The notes below the pieces were generated by a model, which was not told where the DNA came from, did not search any database, and worked only from the letters and a program-made list of their open reading frames with translations. A stretch of 64,000 nucleotides of DNA from Lama guanicoe (Eukaryota): NCBI GenBank assembly GCA_013239625.1, contig MU053881.1, positions 12,600,879-12,664,878 of the forward strand. Reading direction: 5' to 3'. How positions within the stretch are numbered: position 1 is the stretch's first letter; each line of letters begins with the position of its first letter. Below, piece after piece: positions 1-13,627 of the stretch. The position numbers were made by a program, and so were the translations under genes.

Positions 1-342
1 AGCTGGTGGAGCAGTCAGAACACATACAACATTTATCACTTAAGTTCGTGGTCTTACATGGGCAAGGTCCGTGGTGCTCCAAAACAGTGTTGATGTTATG
101 ACAGTAACATCAAAGATCGCTGATCTCAGATCACCACAGCAAGTATAACAATAGTGAAAAAAGTTTGAAATAGTGGGACAATGATCAAAATGCGACACAG
201 AGACACGAAATCAGCAAATGCTGTTGGAAAAGAGGCACTGATAGACTATCTTAACCCAGAATTGCTGCAAACCTTCATTTGTAAAAAATGCAGTATCGTT
301 GACGCTCAATAAAGCAACACACAATAAAATGAGGTATGCCTG
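1..342 (-). mobile_element. Tigger1 (TcMar-Tigger) DNA transposon, 5' terminal part
   Basis: Ends ...aataaaatgaggtatgcctg|ta, the reverse complement of the Tigger1 terminus CAGGCATACCTC(G/A)TTTTATTG, followed by TA target site at 343-344. Confidence 0.85.
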
Positions 343-424
343 TACACAAAAATTGTATAAAGGATCTTATATTTACAGTATGGAAAAAGGAGAAGGAAAC
401 TAAGAGCATACTTACCCCGGTCTG

Positions 425-1260
425 GAACATGGAGAAGGTTTTTTCAGAGGTGGTGGCATTTAAAGTAGGTCTTAAGAGATGAGTAGAAGTTATTCTGTAA
501 AGGTCCTTGAGAGTTAGGGTGGAAAAAGAGTGCCAAGGCGCTGCACTCAGATGGATCTTTGCATGTTTGAGGCCCTGGTATGTCTGGAGTTTAAGGAGGG
601 AGAGGAAAAGCAGTCATTGAAAGGGACCGGGTTGTGCTGGGCCTTTAGGCTACATTAAGAATTTGAGATTAGATTCTAAGAGCAAACGTAAACCTTGTAA
701 AGCCTCTTTCAGGAATGTGACACTATCAAACACTGTTGCTTGAAAGAAAAAAGAAATCACTGTGGCAAGTAGTATGAAAAATGGAGAGTGGGAGGTCTAA
801 AATGGCCGTCAAAAGAAAGACCATTTGAGGTGACAGATGGAGCTGTCCAGACAAGATAGGGCAGTTGCTGTGACCAGGGTGTTGTCAGGGAAAGTGGAAG
901 GAGTAGGTGGCATCATTTACTAAGTCAAGGAAAATTGGAGCAAAGCAGATCTGCAGGATGATCAAGGGGATTAGAGGGGATGCAGCTAAGTGGCTGAGGT
1001 ATTCACACTGAAATGTGAAGCAGGTAGGTGGAGCTTAGAAAATAAAAATTGGTAGTTATCAGGGTATATAAATGAACTGAAGTGCATGTGACTAGATAAG
1101 TTTGCTAAAGACAGAGGACTATAAAAGGGAAAGAAAAGAGGACCGAGGACTGAACCCAAGGGCCTCTCAGCATTGTCAATCGAAAAGAATGCTGGAGAAT
1201 ATATTAAACAGGGGCACTCACTCTGTCAAAAGCAGGAGCTTCTCTGGATTTGGAACGGGA
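425..1260 (-). mobile_element. L2 LINE fragments, highly diverged
   Basis: Purine-rich L2-like motifs (ggagaaggttttttcagaggtggtggcattt; gaatttgagattagattctaag; gaggactgaaccc). Confidence 0.55.
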
Positions 1261-2482
1261 TGATTTGCAATGGCTGATTTGAATCCTTACCTAGTAACCA
1301 CTGATGACCTTCCCCTTCTCTTTACCCTTCACTTTCAAGTTCCTTCTCTTCATCCCTTCTCTTCCTCAGCATTGCAGCCTCACCTTATCACCCTCTTTTC
1401 TGCTCCTAGTTCAGAAAAAACATTTCTTCCTTACTCTCTGGCAAGTGTTAGATGATCTGACTTTAGTCCACTTGTCCCCACTCTTGCAATTTAGCACCCA
1501 ACTTCAGTGTTTGCCGAAATTTATCTATGTCAGATAAGCCCTCGAGGCACCTTTAGAAACAAGTGGGAGGCACTCAAAGCTCCTAACTAGGATGCAGATT
1601 AGTTTGCTGATTTTTGGTCCTGGAGTTGAGTCAGGATCCAAAAGGAGAGAAATGCTAACCCTTTCAGGACCCGCAAGTCCAGGCAGTCTACGAAATATCC
1701 ATGAACGTAACTGTAAAAGTAGTTCAGTGTATTCTCCGACACCAGAAAAGTACATTTTCAGGGGGAAAAGAATTAAGGCTGTTTCTTAGCACAATCAGAG
1801 TCCTTTTATCAGCGTGAAGCCAACTTTAAAATACAAGGATTCTTAGATATAGTAACCCCTAGAAATTTTTTATTTTAAACCTTTCTGTTTCTCACCCTTC
1901 TGGCTCTGAAGATAACCTTCAGAATGTAAATTAATGCAGCAAGGGTTGGAGCCCTGAACCAAAAATTCTGATGCAATATCTCAAAAAATGTTGCAGCTTC
2001 TTTTTTCCATACCAATCGCTAAGAACATAAGATGTAATAACAGTCAGGTTTTGTTAGACATTAACTCAGTACTTGCCTTGAGAGTTTTAAGCTCCTCTAC
2101 CAGTTAAAAAGCACCACGTAGGCTGTTCTACAAATGCCTCGTCTTTTCTGGCATTTGACTGAAGGTTTCAGGGGCCAGTGTATCTTATGCACTTCAACTA
2201 CGCAGAACAGAATAAAGGGCTGCGTAGTTCTGCCTCTTAGAAGAAATAATGGGCTTGCAGGCATTTTTAGGTTCAGTTCCATTTACAAGTAATTATTTAA
2301 GACCTTGTATGTGCCAAGATCTGAATTAAGTATGAAAATATAAGACAAATTCATTATCCTCAAGGGGCTCACTGTCCAGTAAGGATGGGTGGGAGAGATT
2401 TGGAAAAATAATTACCATATGTATTATAAAAGCAGTATAATATATAAGCTCAGAAGTAGGAATGGCCCTGCTTTACTACATC

Positions 2483-2647
2483 ATCATTATTATTATTATT
2501 ATTATTATTTGTTCGAGGGAGGTAATTAGGTTTATTTATTATTTATTTATTTATTTATTTATTTATCTTTAATGGAGGTACTGGGAATTGAACCCAGGAC
2601 CTCACGCATGCTAAGCATCACTCTATCACTGAGCCATACCCTCTCCC
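2483..2647 (-). mobile_element. Camelid tRNA-Ala-derived SINE (vic-1-like) with (TAA)/(TAAA)n tail
   Basis: Minus strand gggagagggtatggctcagtgatagag...cttagcatg...ggtcctgggttcaattcccagtacctcc: A/B boxes, AGC anticodon relic, cctaattacc tail motif shared with the copy at 55539. Confidence 0.85.
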
Positions 2648-2689
2648 TATTATTTTTTTTAATAATGAATTCCTTCTCAACAGTGGTTA

Positions 2690-2915
2690 CCATTGACTGC
2701 ATATTTTTCGTGTGTGGGTACCTTCCGAAGTGTGTTACACACTTTATCTCAGTTAATCCACACAATAACTCATGAGGTAGGTACCCGTTTTATAGATGAG
2801 GAAACCGGCTGAGGGGAGTTATGTAATTTTGTCCCAAATCTCACAGTCACTAAATAGAGAAGGAGGAATTCAACCACTACTCTGTCTGATTTGAACTGTT
2901 TTGCCTTTTAACTAC
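2690..2915 (-). mobile_element. MIR SINE
   Basis: Core ttttatagatgaggaaaccggctgaggggagttatgtaattttgtcccaaatctcacag. Confidence 0.75.
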
Positions 2916-4168
2916 AGTTGCCTTAACTGTTTTGCAAACTTGCTTCTCCAGAAAGGTGAATGTCTACATGGGATCTCAGAGATGTAAATTCCAGAAAGAC
3001 AGTCTCAGAAATTTCAGGGAACTGGAGATTCTTAGGAATTTTTCTTTTTTGCTTCATGCACTAGAGATTTCATAGCAACAGGCTTATTATGAGCATAACT
3101 AATGACCCTACACTGACAACAGCAAGGAAAGATTTAAGATTTTTAAAAGGAACTGTTTCATTGTAGTCTATTGATAGCTCCCCTCCCCCACACCCACCAC
3201 TGCCATGTAGGAATATAAACGACTACGTACAAAGTCATAAAAACAAATAGAAAATATTTGTCATGTTTTCTACTGCTAGATGTTCTAAATGTTGCTGTAC
3301 AATGAATTAAACCAGTTTTGTTTTTCCCTCTTCTAGAAGGTACTGTTGTAAATAGCATTCGGGTTTTCTTGGTAGTTGGTTCATTTTAAATAGAACATTG
3401 AAAAGTAGCATGCACCAGAATCATACGTTGTAGGGTGGTTGATTCAATTTACTCAAATATAATGGAAAAATGTGTTCATTTATATTTTAAAAATATCAAT
3501 AGATTTAGAGAAAAAGGAAAATACAGCTAAAACTGTAAAAAAAATCTTAGTGAATTTTCAGAAGCTAGAATTGTAATACTGTATTACTGTCTTTGAAACA
3601 ACATATTTATTTAAGTAGATATTATTTACCATTTTAGTATTAACTCCAATATGATTTTTAAAGACATGTAAATATTAATATATTTTAATATCAGACATTC
3701 TTACATTTGGTGAGAGTTAAAAGTTCATTACTTTTATTATCCCTTAAAAGTCCAAATCTACTAACTATAAACATTACTTATCTATTTCATAACATTTAGC
3801 ATTTTTAGTAACTTTGCTTTAAGATGGATGGATGAAATTCTTATTTTATACACAGATTACCTCATTCTCTACATTTTCCTTAAATAAAAATGTGATTTTG
3901 GCCTGACAAATAGAAGGAAATTCTCATTATTACAGTATTACTTTTTTTTCTATTTCCACTTGTGTTATTCTTTTATAGTTGAGGTAAAATGCTGAGTTAA
4001 ATTTTGCATCAAATTGCATTACACATGTCAGTAATTTCCTCTTTGCCTCCACAACCACTTTCAAGGGACCTACCCAGCCCCTAGCTCTAGATTGAGGACT
4101 CCTTTGAACTATGTGGCCTTCATCCTCAAGCCCCTTCCCCCTTTCTACTCCTACTTTGGACAACTTAC

Positions 4169-4328
4169 CAAGGGGACTGGGAATGTATCCCTGAGCTCTG
4201 TTGGTCCCTCAGATCTGGACTAAAGAGCTGAGATATTTGTGGGCAGCAGAGCTAGAAGTCCCTGTGCATTCTGGTGTTAAGTTCTCTATTTCTGGAACTT
4301 CAGGCCCGTAAGAGGCTACACGGAAAAC
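4169..4328 (-). other. Candidate non-coding exon (160 nt)
   Basis: Minus-strand acceptor ttcgctcatttattccag|G and consensus donor TTG|gtaagt; all three frames contain stops. Confidence 0.3.
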
Positions 4329-4769
4329 CTGGAATAAATGAGCGAAGCAACAAATTGATTTAGAGTGAAAAAGACACACAAATGCACAAAGACACATAGA
4401 ATATAAGAGACATGTCCTTTCCATCCACCCTGTAGCACCCCACCACAACACTCACACACATATGTAGTGCCAGACAACCTCCAAGATTTCTGGAGAGCCT
4501 GCTGTAATTCTTACAGTGAGACTGGTTAAGGATGAAATAAAACCAGCTTTTATTTGGACTATACTGAGTGGGTGTTTCTGCCTTATGATCAAGTGGACCC
4601 TAAGACAGACACAGAATGATTCTTTGTCTTCAGTCTTGAACGAGAGAGGCTGCTGTATCAGCCAAAGAGTGTTAGCTATGTACTTAAAGCTAATAAACTC
4701 CATGCAGTAAATGTATGTTGCTTTCTCCTGTCCAGCGCCCAGTTTTCTTCTGATAATTGCCATTCTTTT

Positions 4770-5220
4770 AATAGAAACACTTTGGTTTTTCCCTTGGGCA
4801 AGTACCTCTTCTTAGTTCTTAACTCCTATCATTTGTAGAGAACTGATCCCTATGTCCAGACTGGTTCAGAAATTTGTCCACTAGTCAAGTTGGGGACATG
4901 GTGGTCAATTCCAGAAATGTGCTAGAATGTATAATTGGGAAGAAGAATTCAAGGGGAGTGTAAACCTGGAGGTGCTAAGATCCACCACATGGAAAGAACC
5001 CATCAAATGATGAAGGCAGAACAGAGAAATGCTGTGCAAAATAAGAAGGGATTGGCCCTTGACATCATTGTTTGAACCCCTGGACCCTGCTCTGTCAGAA
5101 GGAAGAATTATCATCAACCTTCTCAGATTTTGAAGACAGTAACATTCCCCTTCCTTTTTGTCCCGTAGGGCAGTATGAATTGTCTCTGTCACATGCAGCT
5201 CACAACCGTTGACTAAAATA
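4770..5220 (+). mobile_element. MLT1-type MaLR LTR (old)
   Basis: gacatcattgtttgaacccctggaccctgctctgtcagaagg and 3' end ctctgtcacatgcagc...gactaaaata. Confidence 0.6.
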
Positions 5221-5919
5221 CTTTGTGAAAATCACCTGGAAAATAGAAGGCCTGAAACCTGCTCTCATAAGTAATTTGCTGTAAGTAAGATAAAGAAGAT
5301 TAATAGGCATGTAATAATTTGGAAACAATATAAACTGTCATGTGAAATGTCAGATTATGAAATAGTCTAAAAATTATCTCGTGAGATGCTGGTTGTAAAG
5401 ACAGTTTAGAATCTCCATTCAATATGTAAAATCTGTACTGTATTCAATCTTGAATTACCTATTTGCTGTTGAAAGATTACCCCATCTTCATAGTCAACAG
5501 ATATGAAGACCAAGTAAGTACCTGTATTTTGCTTCAACTATCATAAGGAAATCTGAAGAAAATCATAAGAAAAGCATTTGTATTTTATACTAGACAAAAC
5601 AAACATACTAAGAAATCATAAGAAAAACAAGCAACACTTCCACCAACAGTAACAAATAAAGCAAAAACTAAATCAAACCTAAACTAGAGAGAAGAAAGAT
5701 GTTTTTACTATTGATTATGTTAAGGTTTTGCTTGATTCTTAATTGTCACTTGGAACTCTCTAATCTATTTTATTGTCTACCACCTCTGACCTGGAAACTA
5801 AATATATGTCAGTTCTCACAAATGCCAATTTACTTTATCCGTTTTTATGTACACAGGTAGGCTGGTGTAGCAGATGTGGAAAAAAGAACAAAAGCAAGCC
5901 TCACTGAGCCCAAGAATGT

Positions 5920-6070
5920 CTCAGAGGTCCATGAATGGGCTTCAGGGGCATCTGTGATTCTCTAGAAATTGTCAAAATTTGTGTGAATGTGCATTTTTTT
6001 TTTTTGCCCCAGAGAATCTTTAACTTTCACCAATTTCTCAAAGGCATCTATGATACAGAAAATGTTATAA
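5920..6070. mobile_element. hAT-Charlie MER-type DNA transposon fragment
   Basis: ggtccatgaatgggcttcagggg...aactttcaccaatttctcaaaggcatctatga. Confidence 0.55.
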
Positions 6071-6914
6071 TTTTCTATGATTCTAGGGCAATTTATAAGA
6101 AATTATTTATCTTAACTATATATTGATTTTTGCTATCATATTAGATGTTATTGGCGTTCTGAAGTAAACTATGAGCAATGCTAGAGTCCTAAGTAAATCT
6201 TAGAATTAAATACATTTTTTCTACATAAAATATACTCATGTGAGCTTCAGTCATGTAATAGTTCTTTCTGAATATTTAGCTTAAGATATATAGTCATTAC
6301 TATCTGTACCAAATTATATTTTGACCAATTCACATTTATCAACTATTTCTGCTCCTTTGTGAATGTTAACTCTATGCTGTTTGCCTTCCTCCATTTTCAA
6401 GGAACACGTCGTCACACAGCGCCTGTCCTTTACATTGTTTTTAGCTCTTTCACTAGCAAAGGTCTATCTCTTTTTTAAATTTCCAGTTTGAAAAACCCAA
6501 GGAAAATATTTGGTTGATCTCACATGCCCACTCTTGTTTCCCTGTGGTGGAAGCAGTAGATAATGTGGTTAGCAGATGCTATGAAGTATGTTTAGAGTGA
6601 GGAGTTGGAATGAAAGAGCACACCCCAGCCCCCACCCCAAGAGCCTGCTATTCTCAGGAGATAAGAAGGATGATGAGAAAATTAAATTATAAATATTGGC
6701 TAGGGACATGTATTCCAGGAATGTGAAATACGGTAGGCACATATGAAATAGCCTGGAAATGTGCGAATTCCACCAGAGCAGTAGCGTTCACTGTGGGATG
6801 TAAGAAGTATAGCTAATAGAAGTAGGCGGGGGCTGGATTAGGAGGACTGTATCTGCTGTGATAAGGAACTGAAATTTTATCCCACACACCTGTGTGTAAT
6901 AAATATTGCGTTGG

Positions 6915-7046
6915 CATCAGAGAATGGAGGGGGATTTGTTAAAAATGCAGATTTACAGACTCAACACTAGACAACAAAGACTCCACATCCCTGGGGGCTT
7001 GAGGACCTGCATTTAAAAAAAAAAAAAAGCACCCCAGAGAGTCACT
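6915..7046. mobile_element. MER5-like hAT MITE fragment
   Basis: gcatcagagaat...ttgttaaaaatgcagat...ctgcattt...gcacccca. Confidence 0.55.
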
Positions 7047-7761
7047 GTCAAGGAGAATAGAAAACTAGTGAAGAAACAAAATGGCACAGCTAAAACATCT
7101 GTTAATGTGGCTACACACTGCAGCTTAATTAGGTTTTGTACTGTATGGCCGTGTGTGTATTTGGGGCATAGAGGGATGTGCCTCCTGTGTGTACATCTCC
7201 AAGTGATTTTTGCCTAGCTGAACATTTCAATACCATGGGCACTAGCATAGACTTTCAAAACTGAAGATGCTGGTGAAATACCCTTACTTTAGCCCACTCA
7301 AATGAAGCTTTAAGACTCTGGAAAACCTTGTCTCCCTGTAAGGATGAAAGTTCTCTCTTTCAAAGAAGGTGCAGAGATTCTAAATGACACATTAGTGAAG
7401 GGGACTGTAACCTTTCTTTAATTGGAAAACTTCAAGTGTTAAGTAAATATCCAGTTTGCCGGGGTGTTCTAACTACCTTCTCCAGTCAGTTTTGTCTCTC
7501 AGCATCTATTAAATTAGGGAAAGGTTTATGCCACAGTGGTTCTTGCCTGCCAAAGCAGAGAAGATGGATGGGGCCCAAGAAGGAGGACAAAGAATTACAT
7601 CAGGGTCTTTGGAAATTAGTTTCACTAGTCTGGGGTGGATTTGGGATTTCTTAACAAACTGTCTTCTCTTCTAGTCTAATCAAAGTGATTTTTCTAACCT
7701 TTTCAGGCAATCTCCTCTGCCAGCAATAATCTTGCAAGAGGATAATATTTTCCATAAGAGT

Positions 7762-7817
7762 TACACACACAACAAAGACACACACACAGACACAAACACA
7801 CACCACACACACACACT
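7762..7817. repeat. Imperfect (CA)n microsatellite
   Basis: Seen directly. Confidence 0.85.
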
Positions 7818-9083
7818 GCATTTTTTTTTTTTGCTGAAATAAGCATGTATGGTTTAATGATTAAATAGCTCAAGCGTGACCTATGAAAGAAAGTTTAGTT
7901 TCCTTTGTTGCATAACTTCCTTGTTCTCTCTAATTGCTAATTGTTCTTTTAAAAATTAATATATATTATATGTATTTAACCAATTCTCCTACATTTTTCT
8001 AAGTCTCCTTTCAATCAGTTCAAACATGTGGGGTATTCTGTCCATCTTCTTGAAAGAATAGTAGCTCTCAGAGCCTCTCTGACCCGCTTCAATCTGTTCA
8101 GCTGTACAACTCTCAGATGGAACTTTCTCTTCATTATCATCTTTGACAAGGGGATTCCCTTCATCTCTCGCTTAGATTGGCTGCTATGTTTTCTGGATCC
8201 TATGATTTTCTTATTTTGGTGGAGTATGTCCTCTAGTAATTTTTTTGAAAAATGGTGTGTAAGATATTTTTGGAGATCTTGAATGTCTGAAAATATTGTC
8301 AATGTACCCACAGTTGAGAATTCAGTTGGGAATAAAATTCAATGTTGGAAATGATTTTCGCTTAAAATTTTGAAGGCGTTTCTTCTTGCTTTCCAGTGCT
8401 GATTTTGAGAAGTCCATCTTAAACATGAAGTTAATAAGTAACCTGTTTTTGTCCCCCTGTATGCTATTTGTATCTTTTCTTCGTCGCTAGTATTGTGAAA
8501 TTTAAGTGTGACTTGATTAAAAAAAAATTTTTTTTTCTCAAAAGTTGATTGGCTCTTTCAATTTGAAACTCAAATCTTTCAGTTCTGGAAAGTTTTCTTG
8601 AATTATTTTATGCTTATATTGCTCTCTTCTGCTTGTCTGTTCTTTCTCCATTTCTACTGCTTGAATGTTGGATTTCATGAAGTTATTTTCTAATTTTAAA
8701 AATATTTTTCCCTCAAGTTTCTACCTGTGGGATATTTCATCAACATTAGTGTTCAATTTTTTATTGGGCCTTTCACTTCTGTTATCATAGTTTTGGTATT
8801 CAAGGGTTTTTTTCCCTTGATCTTTGATTGCTCTTTTTAAAAAAAATAGCATTCTGTTCTTTTTTCATGAATGCTGTATGTTTTTATCTCTTTGAGGATA
8901 CTAACGATAGTTTTTGAAAGTGTTTGTTTCTCTACATAGTTCTGTTCCCTTCCAATGGTCCTTCTTCAATTTATGTGTTTTGGTCTATATATTTTATATT
9001 TGAAACTTTTCTCAGATGTTTGATGATTTTTCCCTGTCTGTTCACATTTAAGAGTGTAACATTAAAACACTGATTGGAGGATC

Positions 9084-9107
9084 TGTGTGTGTGTGTGTGT
9101 GTGTGTG
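9084..9107. repeat. (TG)n microsatellite
   Basis: About 12 perfect units. Confidence 0.95.
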
Positions 9108-9324
9108 GTTAAATGTGGGCTTCATTGTAGGGTAATATACTGGGGGTATTTAATTGAGGAATATGTCATATTGGAAAGTGTAGGTCTTATTCCTTGGGTT
9201 GGTTGGGTCACTCAATGAAGAATCCTCCTGTTTCCTGTCTTGATGATGTAATGGCTTCCAATACTCCAGAAGCTGAGTTGGGGAGGTGGCTGTGCATTTT
9301 AGTGTTTCCATGAACTCATGGTTC

Positions 9325-9417
9325 TTTTTTTGTTTGATTTGTATTTTTAGTGGAGGAACTAGGGGTTGAACTCAGGACCTAAGTACATGCTCTACCACTG
9401 AGCTATACCCCTTCCCC
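9325..9417 (-). mobile_element. vic-1-like SINE, internally deleted, inserted in HAL1
   Basis: ggggttgaactcaggacct aagtacatgctctaccactgagctataccccttcccc; lacks about 10 nt around the anticodon arm; T-rich tail. Confidence 0.8.
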
Positions 9418-9939
9418 TCAAGTGTTTCCTTGAAAACTTTTACTCAATCCCTTGGTTTTCCTTATTCCTGCCTTTTATTCTGACCTATCCAGAGGCTCAG
9501 TTTTACCTTTACATAATATGAACTTTCACTTTTTTGTTAGGTTTGGAAGGAATCTACAATTTAATTCATTCCTAAGCAGATTTTATACCTATTCTCCAGT
9601 TTTTAGCCTTTTATTTTTACATTCACTTCTAGGAGTAATTGCACAAACAACATATGTGTCTTTTGAGGGATTTTTCCGTCCAAATCAGGTTGCATCTGCT
9701 CTTTCTCACTCTTGGTTTAGGACTCAGTTTTCTTGTGTGTGCCACTCATCCTTCTGCTCTTCAGTGTCTAGAATTTTACCACTGATCCTTTATTTTTTAA
9801 TCCATCTGTGTTTCTGTTTTTAAAAACTTTCTTTACTTTCTTTTTTATTTGATGGAAGAGGGGGACGAAGAGGTAAATGCATGTTTTCAAATTATAATCT
9901 TTAGCTTTCTGATAAGTTTTATTGGTTGAAATGTGACAG

Positions 9940-10660
9940 AATGAATACTGCATTTGGGATAAGAGCAAGTAGGTTCAAATGCTAGGTCCAATACTCTTTA
10001 ATGGTATGACTTTAGACAGGTAACTCCTCTCAGTCTCAGTCCTCATTGGTAAAATAGCATAATGATCTAGTTTATTAGTTGGAAAACTTTGGCTGCAATT
10101 AACAGAAACTTTGGGTAACTCAAGCAAAAGACATTAATTGAAAATCTACCTAGAATTCAGCATTCAAAGGAGAAGTTGGAGAATGACTTGGAACAAAGCC
10201 TCTTCTGAAGACAAGAAAGGAGGAACTACAGGAATATCCAATAATAGGGACAGTCTAAGGCCATACTATCAGGACAAATAGCATCCAACCATCTTTTTTC
10301 CTTCTACTTTTGCACTAAATATTAAAATTTCTGCGAGAAAGCTTTGACAGGGTTCAGGTTCTATGTTCAAATGCTGGATGTACCAGGACAGTGCAAAATA
10401 ATCAAGTCTATTTGGGTTCTAGTGGCAGACAGACCCCTAAATTTATAATCTCACCCAGACTGCAAACAATGGGTGACAGATAATTCCCCAAGAGGAAATA
10501 AGGGTATGGTTAGGAAGGTGTAAATAAGGCAGGATATCCCCCAAATAATAAATGTCTACTCTGCTTCTCTCCTAGGGTGTGAGGATTTAATGGGACCGTG
10601 TATGTGAATGTAATCAGTGAAGTGTAAAGTGTTGAGTGATCTTCAACATGTCTGTTATTA
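9940..10660 (+). mobile_element. MIR split in two (about 9940-10070 and 10570-10660) by an MLT1 LTR
   Basis: MIR head/core (ggttcaaatgctagg...cagtctcagtcctcattggtaaaatag) resumes as tagggtgtgaggatttaatg. Confidence 0.6.
10071..10565 (-). mobile_element. MLT1-type MaLR LTR
   Basis: Starts tattagttggaaaactttggctgcaattaacagaaac, a typical old MLT1 terminus. Confidence 0.6.
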
Positions 10661-10864
10661 TAGGCCCAGGGGAGCTGATTATAGTGCCTTCCAGTCATTA
10701 GAAAAGGTTAGGCTCTGGCAGCTGCAGGGAGTGGAAGAAGAAAGGAATTTAGAATACAGGTAAATGTGAATACCAGGTTATCTGAGTACATCTGGCAAGG
10801 CTATTATCTGTTGCATGAACTTGTTCTATTTCTTTCATCAAAACGTGTCATCCTTAGAAGCATT

Positions 10865-11022
10865 CTTGTTTATTTGTTTACATTTCTGTCAACTATATTC
10901 TCCCCAGACTACAAGTTCTATTAGATCAAGGTCCTTCTCTCTCTTGCTCACTTCTCTATTCTTTGCGTCAAGGACAGTGCCTGGAATGCTATAAGTGTTC
11001 AGTTAATAATTTTGAAATAAAT
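10865..11022 (+). mobile_element. L2 3' end
   Basis: ccccagactacaagttcta...aggacagtgcctggaatgctataagtgttcagttaataat. Confidence 0.7.
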
Positions 11023-11788
11023 ATGGAATACTGTAATTATGACCTGATTTTGGCCCAGTGGGAAAACAGTCTCCCTAAGGAAGAGAAGACATGGGATTTA
11101 CCCCCTTCTCTTTCTGCCCAGCAGGGCCCAGCGATTTGTACTGACTTCATATTCACCTCCCCTTATTCCTGGCTGAATAACTTAGCTCTGGCATTTCCTT
11201 TATACATTTTACTCATTTACGTACGTGTTCAGGTCCAAAGAATTCACAGAAAAAATACTTGACTCATCCATCCCTTTGGAGTCTTGAAACTTGTGCTTGT
11301 TATGTTTAGATACTTCTTATGTTTTTTTCCTCAGACATGTATTAGTGTTCTCACTATGTGAGCAGTGTATTAGGTATTACATCTCGCTAAGAGTGTCTCC
11401 AAGGTGGTCTTTTTTTTTTTTTTTTGAGGTGTCTGCTTTTATTTTGGAGAGTAATATGTAATAGCCCATTGATCAGTGGATGGCATCCTGGGGCAATCAT
11501 CTAATGGACTTGTCTAGCCAATATTACTTACAGAATTTTTTATTGATCCAGTTGATAGATATTTAACCTTGCTTTGAAAAGTTCTTTACTTGGTGTCATT
11601 TTTAGGAGCTGTAACTTACTAGGAACAGGATTCTCAGTGCAGTGCCTTTTAGAAGAATGAAGAAGAAATCATTACTTGGGTTGCAGGGTCAAAATCTCAA
11701 ATGACAGCAGAGGCCACCTGGTGTATGAAATTGATGCTAAGCGGCTTGTACACTGTGTCCATGCATGACACCTGCTTACTTGTGTGAC

Positions 11789-12172
11789 TGTCTCAGTCTG
11801 CGTGGGCTGCTACAACAGAAGATCATAGACTGGGTGGCTAAAACAACAAACATTTCTTTCTCAAAGTACTGGAGTCCAGAAGCCCAAGGTCAGGGTGCTA
11901 GCACAGTCAGGTTCCTGGGGAGGAGCCCCTTCATGTGTATGTGCTCACATGGCCTTTTTTGGTGTGTGCCCTAAGAGAGAGATCTCCCATCTCATCTTCT
12001 TTGTACAGAGGCATTAATCCCATCATGAGTGCCCCACCTTCACAACCTAATCTAACCCTAATTACCTTATGACCAAGTTCCTAATTACCAAAGACCCCCA
12101 TATTCCAAATACCATCATGGTGGGGTTAAGGTTTCAACGTGAATTTGGGGGACACACATTCAGTCCATAGCA
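11789..12172 (-). mobile_element. MLT1A-like solo LTR, near full length
   Basis: TG...CA termini; gggctgctacaacagaagatcatagactgggtggc; ends gaatttgggggacacacattcagtccatagca; 5-bp TSD gtgac/atgac. Confidence 0.85.
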
Positions 12173-12519
12173 ATGACCTTTGCTTTACTTTATAGTTAAG
12201 CTATTCAATAGGCCATTATATTCATTGTATTCATTAAAACTTCAACATGCACCTAATCAAAATTAATTTCTTCCTCGAAGGAAATCTCTGACTCACATTT
12301 CTGCCAACTGCTTAAGTAATTTGCTACACTGCCCTTTATAACAGAGTCTGGGCTAAACAGCAGGTCCTGAAGATTTTGCTCATGGGTTTTGACCCATGAG
12401 TTAGGCTGAGAAGACTTCCAGTATTGAATCCAAATGCATTCAAATAATTGCAGCTTTTTTTCATTTTGGAAAAGAAGTAAATCTGAAAATTGGGTTCATT
12501 TACCCTTAGATCAGATGAC

Positions 12520-12715
12520 ATAGGTTCTTGCCTCAACCCTTAATAGTTGTGTGTTCCTGAGAAATTATTTATTCTTTTTAAAATTTAACTGTAAAACTGG
12601 GATAATGCCATTCTGCTCGTCCCCACAAGACAATGGGAGTCAAATAAAATGATACAATGGAAAAACTCTACTGAAATATATAATCTGCTTTATAAAGGCA
12701 ACGAGTTATTATTTA
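12520..12715 (+). mobile_element. MIR, diverged
   Basis: tagttgtgtgttcctgagaaattattta...ctgtaaaactgggataat. Confidence 0.5.
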
Positions 12716-13627
12716 AAAGAAAGTGCAGCTGGTTACATAAAAGTAAGTGTAAAACATATCATTGCCTCCAGGAGTTTAAAATCTAAGACAATGTATAGGC
12801 AGGAAGATAAGATTCCCTTGCAAATGCTATTGTAACCGGGAGAAATTGTGAAACCTGGACAGATGATAAGTGTCAAGATTCTGGAAATGAGCCCATTTAC
12901 AGCAGAGTTGTTGACATCGATTAGAATAATGATTCTGCTTAAAATTCTGATAACTGCTATTACCTATCTTTTCTTTTTTTTGAGGCTATTATTTCCTGCC
13001 CTTTCTGGTTTTTTATACTAGGCAGATAGCAAAATTTCAAAGTAGATGTGTACCTGGGTGAATCTGTAAATAAGATGAAGCCGTTAGGAAGAGATCTGAG
13101 CTTTCCAAGCCTTCCTTTGGGTTTTTCTGATGTGACCTGATCTTCCTGTTCAGAGCTTAGTCCTGAAAAGCTGCCTTTGGTTTTCTGGCCTCCATGGCCC
13201 GGCCCTCTTTCTGCTCCTCAGTCACTTATCCTGTGTCTTCATGCTGCTGTTCCATCCATCTTATTTGGCGGCTTCATTATTCTTACCCTTGAGTCTTGTT
13301 GGCTCCTTCGCCTGAAGAATATCTGGATGGAATTAATGCTACTTTGGTGGAGTTATTTGGCCAGCCTTTCCTCAAACCCAGTGAAATATTAAAGACACAG
13401 ATAAAAGAGGGTCTCTGGTTTAAGAATTTCTTTTCAGCGGCCTTTGGTGCCCAATTCAATTCAGGGTATTAGCCAGGATGGATAGCTTGTGAGTGTACTG
13501 ATTGCTGCTCCTTGCAGCAGAATAGTGCATTTTTATCCACGCCAATGCCAGGCACAGTGCCTGTTCAGGTGCCTAACATTTCATCTCCTTTAAAATGGCC
13601 TAACTATTCTTGGGAAAGGAATGGCCC

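Larger units (their letters stand above)
7950..9800 (-). mobile_element. HAL1/L1ME-type ancient LINE, ORF1-containing
   Basis: ORF 8015..8311 reads TIFSDIQDLQKYLTHHFSKKLLEDILHQN, resembling the L1/HAL1 ORF1p C-terminus; long T-rich decayed L1 sequence follows. Confidence 0.7.

Noticed and set aside
2570..2647. tRNA-Ala gene (also 9350-9417, 27740-27809, 55539-55610)
   Set aside because: Disrupted stems, SINE tails or TSDs and dispersed diverged copies identify them as SINE heads
5476..5513. Possible exon YPIFIVNRYEDQ before CAA|gtaagt
   Set aside because: Poor acceptor (gaaag), not frame-preserving, peptide not recognised
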